Source of the DNA: Terriglobia bacterium | GTDB lineage: Bacteria > Acidobacteriota > Terriglobia > 20CM-2-55-15 | Assembly: GCA_965216035.1 (NCBI GenBank) | Contig: CBDCFM010000021.1 | Coordinates: forward strand, 4,236-68,235 | DNA length: 64,000 nt | Reading direction: 5' to 3' | Shown here: positions 59,288 to 64,000 of the stretch, piece after piece | How the letters are laid out: each line of letters opens with the position of its first letter | Position numbering within the stretch: the first letter of the stretch is position 1 | Position numbers and translations under genes: made by a program | Notes under the pieces: model-generated | The model's database searches: none | Told to the model about the DNA's origin: nothing | What the model saw: the letters and a program-made list of their open reading frames with translations, nothing else

Positions 59288-60778
59288 ATGGATTCCCTGC
59301 AGCTGCTCGCCGAAGGCTTTACCGTCGCCCTCCAGCCCGCAAACATCCTATGGGCGTTCCTCGGAGTTCTGCTGGGCACCGTCGTCGGCATCCTGCCGGG
59401 CATCGGTCCGGCCCTTACCGTGGCGCTGCTCCTGCCGGTCACCTACGGCCTCCCTCCGGTGGCGGCCTTCATTATGTTCGCAGGCATCTACTACGGTGCG
59501 ATGTACGGCGGGTCGACGACGTCCATCCTGATGAATACACCCGGCGAGAGTGGAAGCATCATCACTGCGCTGGAAGGCAACCGGATGGCCCGTGCCGGCC
59601 GCGCTTCGGCCGCGCTGGCAACCGCGGCAATCGGCTCCTTCGTGGCTGGAACGATCGGCACGCTGGCGCTGACCTTCGCTGCACCGGCTCTGGCGGACCT
59701 TGCACTCGCATTCGGTCCTGCGGAGTACTTCGCGCTGATCGTCGTAGGCTTCACCACGATCGCATCGGTGCTGGGAGATACGCCGTCGCGCGGGTTTGCC
59801 AGCCTGTTCTTCGGTCTTGCGCTCGGTCTTGTCGGCATCGATCTGCAAACCGGCCAGGCGCGCTACACAATGGGCTTCCCCCAGCTGCTTGACGGCATCC
59901 ACGTTGTCGTGGTGGCTGTCGGTCTTTTCGCAGTCGGCGAGACTCTTTTTCTCGCCTCCCGCCCCCACGGTCGGGACGCGGTGATTCCGGTCCGTGGCTG
60001 GACGTGGCTGTCGCGGAAAGAACTGGCGCGGTCCTGGAAACCGTGGCTGAGAGGAACGCTGCTCGGCTTTCCCATCGGCGGATTGCCCACCGGGGGCGCG
60101 GAGATCCCGACGTTTCTGTCCTATTCACTGGAACGGCGACTCTCCCCTCACCCCGAAGAGTTCGGTCACGGCGCCATCGAAGGCGTTGCAGGCCCCGAAG
60201 CCGCCAACAACGCCGCAGCCGCCGGAGTCCTCGTCCCCTTGCTTACGCTCGGGCTGCCCACTTCCTCAACCGCGGCGATCATGCTGGCGGCATTCCAGCA
60301 GTTCAACCTTCAGCCCGGCCCCCTGATATTTACAGCCAATCCGGAACTGGTGTGGGGACTGATCGCGAGCCTGTACCTGGGCAACACGATGCTGTTGCTG
60401 CTGAACCTCCCGCTGGCGCCGTTGTGGGCGCGGCTGCTCCGGATCCCCGCGCCCCTGTTGTACGGGGGCATCCTCGTCTTCGCGACGCTCGGCACCTACA
60501 GCCTGAAAAACTCCGTGTTCGATGTCGGACTGATGTACCTGATCGGAATGATCGGCTTCCTGATGCGCCGGGTCGACATCCCCGTGGCCCCAGCCATCAT
60601 TGGCATGATTCTCGGACCGATGGTAGAACAGCAGTTCCGGCGGGCGTTGGCCATCTCCGAAGGCGACCTGTCCGTCTTCCTCACGCGCCCCATCTCCGCA
60701 ACACTTCTTCTCCTGGCACTGGTCGCACTGCTCGCCGTTCCGCTGGCTCGCGCATACCGGGGCCGGAAGCGGGCATAG
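59288..60778 (+). CDS. tctA: tripartite tricarboxylate transporter large permease
   Basis: TctA-family sequence, 496 aa. Confidence 0.85.
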   Translation: MDSLQLLAEGFTVALQPANILWAFLGVLLGTVVGILPGIGPALTVALLLPVTYGLPPVAAFIMFAGIYYGAMYGGSTTSILMNTPGESGSIITALEGNRMARAGRASAALATAAIGSFVAGTIGTLALTFAAPALADLALAFGPAEYFALIVVGFTTIASVLGDTPSRGFASLFFGLALGLVGIDLQTGQARYTMGFPQLLDGIHVVVVAVGLFAVGETLFLASRPHGRDAVIPVRGWTWLSRKELARSWKPWLRGTLLGFPIGGLPTGGAEIPTFLSYSLERRLSPHPEEFGHGAIEGVAGPEAANNAAAAGVLVPLLTLGLPTSSTAAIMLAAFQQFNLQPGPLIFTANPELVWGLIASLYLGNTMLLLLNLPLAPLWARLLRIPAPLLYGGILVFATLGTYSLKNSVFDVGLMYLIGMIGFLMRRVDIPVAPAIIGMILGPMVEQQFRRALAISEGDLSVFLTRPISATLLLLALVALLAVPLARAYRGRKRA

Positions 60779-60851
60779 AAACGGGCACGTTCCCGGAGCA
60801 GGATTGGTGGATGCCCGCGGTCGCGTCGGCGAAGGCACGACGATCCAGCGC

Positions 60852-61573
60852 TTAACGGAGTCCTCGACCAGGCCAGGAAGTTGAGTCTCGGCACAGACAA
60901 TCGTCGTTCCACCTTTCGGAGACTATGTCTTTTTCCGATAAGACTCGCTCAATGAGCGCAAACTTTCCCTTGAGTTGCTCCTCATCGATTGCGGGATTCG
61001 AGATGTTCTTGTGAATCCGCTTCCCCGTGTCAACCGTGGCGTCAAGACCGAGAAAGCGCCTGAGCTTGTCCTGCCAGTTTTTGTCCTCACAGACGTTAAT
61101 AACCAGGAGCTTCTCTAAGCCTTCAACCGAAAAGAATTCCAAGACATCGCGGTGATAGGCTTCGCGGTTTTCAATCCAGCGGGCTAGGGCCCGTCTTTCG
61201 CCGTTGAGGAACTCCACCGCCATCGCCCCAAGCTGCCCCGATCGGACCCGGCGAAAGTGATACAGGCGGGAGGACCACTTCGTCAAGAATGAATCGTTAT
61301 CTCCGATGAGCCGAATGCCGCCCGGGCGAAAGACGTGCTTCACACGACTCTCCAACCAGCTCTTCATGCTGCGCGTATTGAGCAGGAAAATACTTTCCGG
61401 GTAGAGCCTCGAGAGTCTTCTGAAATCAGCCATCTCCCCGTCAGAGTAGGCGTCGTGCGGTGCTAGATACTTCATCAGCTGCTCATCGCTGAACTCTCGC
61501 GTGCGCTGCGGCCATTCAACGTTATGCGTCGACTTGATTCCAACCCACTCAAGCCAGCAATGAAGTGTCTTAG
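60852..61573 (-). pseudogene. hypothetical protein (possibly sulfotransferase-like), 5'-truncated by the IS3-family insertion
   Basis: Only the C-terminal ~240 codons of the 493-aa track ORF lie outside the IS. The upstream 250 codons read antisense through IS3 orfA. Confidence 0.3.
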
Positions 61574-61644
61574 TGAGAAGTGGACCCCAAATTTCGGACA
61601 GCGTTGTAAGGTGGGCTCTGCACAGATGAGAGGACGTTACAACG

Positions 61645-61926
61645 ATGGCAAAACGACGGAATTTTTCTGCGGACTTCAAAGCGAAGGTGGCGTTGGCCGC
61701 GATGCGCGGCGACGGGACGATGGCGGAGTTGGCGGCGCGGTACAAAATCCACCCGAACATGATCACGAAGTGGAAGCGCGATGCGCTGGATGGGGTCAAG
61801 GAGACGTTCCAGCGGGGAAAGGACCGGTCCGTCCGGAACCACGAGGAGGAGATCAAAGATCTGCAAGCCAAGATCGGGGAACTCGTGGTGGAGCGGGATT
61901 TTTTAGCCAAAACCTTCAATCGGTGA
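61645..61926 (+). CDS. IS3-family transposase OrfA (HTH)
   Basis: MAKRRNFSADFKAKVALAAMRG... Confidence 0.8.
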   Translation: MAKRRNFSADFKAKVALAAMRGDGTMAELAARYKIHPNMITKWKRDALDGVKETFQRGKDRSVRNHEEEIKDLQAKIGELVVERDFLAKTFNR

Positions 61927-62687
61927 GCCTGGATCGAAGGCGCGAGATGGTCCAACCCGACCATCATGAGCTCAGCGTCGTGCGGCAGTGCGAGTTGATC
62001 AGGATGAGCCGATCCAGTTGGTACTATCGGCCCCGGGGTGAGAGTGAGCGCAATCTCGAGCTGATGCGCGTGATTGACGAAGCGTATCTGAAGATGCCCT
62101 GGTACGGTTCGAGGCAGATGGTGCGTCATCTGAACCGTCTCGGCTATGGTGTCGGCCGGAAGCGGGTGCGGCGGCTGATGCGGCTGATGGGACTGCGGTC
62201 GGTGGCGCCGCAACCGCACACGTCCCGGCGAAACCCGGGTCATCCGGTCTACCCGTATCTGTTGAACGACATTACCGTAGATCGGGCCAATCAGGTTTGG
62301 TGCACCGACCTCACCTATATCCCGATGGCGCACGGCTTCCTTTATCTAGTTGCGATCATGGACTGGCACACGCGCAAGGTGCTGTCGTGGCGGCTATCCA
62401 ACACGCAGGACACGACATTCTGCGTCGAGGCCGTCGACGAGGCTATCGAGCAATACGGCTGTCCGGAAATCTTCAACACCGATCAAGGCAGCCAGTTCAC
62501 CAGCAGCACCTGGACCGATCCACTCAAAGATCAAGGAATCCGGATCTCCATGGACGGCAAGGGGCAATGGATGGACAATGTTTTCATCGAACGCTTATGG
62601 CGCTCGATGACGTACGAATGCGTTTATCTAAGCGCTTTCACTGACTTCAAAGAGAGTTATAACCGAATCTGGTGTTTGAGGGATTGA
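61899..62687 (+). CDS. IS3-family transposase OrfB (DDE/rve), reached by -1 programmed frameshift; C-terminally truncated
   Basis: The slippery heptamer T TTT TTA lies at 61899-61905 in the orfA frame. The -1 frame reads FFSQNLQSVSLDRRREM... into the rve core. It ends prematurely at ...SYNRIWCLRD. Confidence 0.7.
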   Translation, partial: FFSQNLQSVSLDRRREMVQPDHHELSVVRQCELIRMSRSSWYYRPRGESERNLELMRVIDEAYLKMPWYGSRQMVRHLNRLGYGVGRKRVRRLMRLMGLRSVAPQPHTSRRNPGHPVYPYLLNDITVDRANQVWCTDLTYIPMAHGFLYLVAIMDWHTRKVLSWRLSNTQDTTFCVEAVDEAIEQYGCPEIFNTDQGSQFTSSTWTDPLKDQGIRISMDGKGQWMDNVFIERLWRSMTYECVYLSAFTDFKESYNRIWCLRD

Positions 62688-62756
62688 AGAAAAGCGGCGT
62701 ATCTGGTTGATTTGTTGTTTACAAGACTTCAAAGCAACCAAAGGAGATACGCCACT

Positions 62757-64000
62757 ATGAGTAAGAGTATCGTTATTGAACTGGAAGATCGAGAAGCGAT
62801 TGCAGACCCAGTGACCGACCTGCTACGAGCCGGGGCGCAAGAGCTGATCCAACGCGCTGTGGAAGCCGAACTGTCCGAACTGCTATCCCAGCACGGCGAT
62901 CGGCGAACCGAGACGGGGAAGGCTGGAGTGGTGCGCAACGGTTATCTGCCTGAACGCGAGCTGCAGACCGGCCTGGGTCCGGTAACGGTGCAAATCCCGA
63001 AGGTTCGCGCCAAGACGGGCGAAGCTGTGACGTTCCGCTCGGCCCTGGTACCCCCCTACATTCGGAAGACGCAGTCGATGGAAGCCGCCGTGCCGTGGTT
63101 GTATTTGAAAGGCGTCTCCAGTGGCGAGATGGGTGAGGCCCTGAAAGTTCTTGTCGGTCCGAAGGCGCAGGGCTTGTCAGCGAGCACGGTATCGCGCTTG
63201 AAACGGGTCTGGGCTGAAGAGTACCGCATCGGGTGCGACCAGCGTTTGGACGCCGACCGCTGGGTCTATGTCTGGGCCGACGGTATCTACAGCGGACTTC
63301 GAGCTGAACAAACCAAGTTGTGTGCGTTGGTCGTGATCGGCGTGAATGAACGCGGAGAGAAGCGTTTTCTGGCGATCGAAGACGGTGTACGGGAATCGAC
63401 ACAGAGTTGGCGTGAGGTCTTGTTGAAGCTGAAGTCCCGAGGGATGAATATTCCGAAGTTGGCCATCGGTGACGGGGCGATGGGGTTCTGGGCCGCACTG
63501 GAGGAAATCTATCCCGAGACACACCAACAACGCTGCTGGATGCACAAGACCATGAATGTGCTCAACTGCTTACCCAAGTCGGTCCAGGCGAAAGCGAAAC
63601 AGGCACTGCACGCGATCTGGAAGGCTGAGACACACGCAGATGCCGAGAAGGCATTCGATCTGTTCATTGAAACCTATGAGCCGAAGTATCCGAAAGCCAC
63701 TGTCTGCCTGCAGAAAGACAGAGAAGAACTGCTGGCCTTTTACGGCTTTCCGGCCAAGCACTGGCAGAGCATCCGAACGACTAATCCCATTGAATCGACC
63801 TTTGCCACCATTCGACACCGAACCAAGCGATCCAGAGGCTGCCTGACACGGGATGGAATGCTGCACATGATGTTCAAGCTGGGTCAGTGCGCTGAGAAGA
63901 ACTGGCGACGATTACGAGGATTCGATGATCTGGTCAAGGTGATTACTGGAGTGAAATTTAACGATGGAATCGAAGTGACAAAGCTCGATCAGACCGCCGC
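62757..64000 (+). CDS. IS256-family (Mutator-like) transposase, intact ORF running off the window end; not in the ORF track
   Basis: Codon-by-codon translation from ATG 62757 shows no stop through the last complete codon in the window, about 414 codons. The product is MSKSIVIELEDREAIADPVTDLLRAGAQELIQRAVEAELSELLSQHGDRRTETGKAGVVRNGYLPERELQTGLGPVTVQIPKVRAKTGEAVTFRSALVPPYIRKTQSMEAAVPWLYLKGVSSGEMGEAL...CWMHKTMNVLNCLPKSVQAKAKQALHAIW...TNPIESTFATIRHRTKRSRGC..., typical of IS256. Confidence 0.8.
   Translation, partial: MSKSIVIELEDREAIADPVTDLLRAGAQELIQRAVEAELSELLSQHGDRRTETGKAGVVRNGYLPERELQTGLGPVTVQIPKVRAKTGEAVTFRSALVPPYIRKTQSMEAAVPWLYLKGVSSGEMGEALKVLVGPKAQGLSASTVSRLKRVWAEEYRIGCDQRLDADRWVYVWADGIYSGLRAEQTKLCALVVIGVNERGEKRFLAIEDGVRESTQSWREVLLKLKSRGMNIPKLAIGDGAMGFWAALEEIYPETHQQRCWMHKTMNVLNCLPKSVQAKAKQALHAIWKAETHADAEKAFDLFIETYEPKYPKATVCLQKDREELLAFYGFPAKHWQSIRTTNPIESTFATIRHRTKRSRGCLTRDGMLHMMFKLGQCAEKNWRRLRGFDDLVKVITGVKFNDGIEVTKLDQTA

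Larger units (their letters stand above)
61574..62688 (+). mobile_element. IS3-family insertion sequence, 3'-truncated by the IS256-family insertion
   Basis: The left end TGAGAAGTGGACCCCAAA... resembles IS3 terminal repeats. orfA plus frameshifted orfB follow. orfB stops short of the usual C-terminal region right at the IS256 junction. Confidence 0.6.

Noticed and set aside
60852-62333. 493-aa minus-strand ORF
   Set aside because: Its N-terminal ~250 codons run antisense through IS3 orfA and the IS3 left end. Only the C-terminal part beyond ~61573 can be host-encoded.

Overview
High-GC (about 60%) bacterial chromosomal segment with Gram-negative hallmarks (TonB-dependent receptor, Tat/lipobox signals, TTT transporter). 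The core is a compact amino-acid biosynthesis block: proBA, leuDC, leuA-leuB-ilvD-ilvB-ilvN-ilvC-ilvA-pheA and fpr. Both flanks are accessory and IS-rich. Two sequence-identical 1318-bp IS481-family copies lie in direct orientation at 1064-2381 and 51759-53076; copy 1 splits a DinB-like gene in frame. An IS21-family element (24513-27465, TTGAG target duplication) sits in the 3' end of an ABC1/UbiB-like kinase gene. A 340-bp MITE-like element with 34-bp inverted termini abuts an MFS gene. At the right edge an IS3-family element is truncated by an IS256-family insertion whose intact transposase ORF runs off the window and is absent from the ORF track. A sigma-54 -24/-12 promoter, divergent from a GAF-domain sigma-54 activator, precedes an isochorismatase/hydrolase/PNPOx(/DinB) operon. 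The most unusual region is 38.3-46.5 kb: two circularly permuted ATP-grasp plus alpha-E sets (one fused into an 842-aa protein), two transglutaminase-like proteins and an N-formylglutamate-amidohydrolase-family enzyme. This amidoligase-type module is known only from comparative genomics. It contains two copies of a conserved ~150-nt intergenic element with a GGCAC-N5-GTGCC palindrome, unexplained by any annotated feature. Other notable items are a secreted endostatin-like (collagen XVIII NC1-type) protein, a tcuA-tcuB-tctCBA locus, an orphan EgtB-like sulfoxide synthase, an ~870-bp structured non-coding gap upstream of proB, and an unannotated 48-aa basic small ORF.
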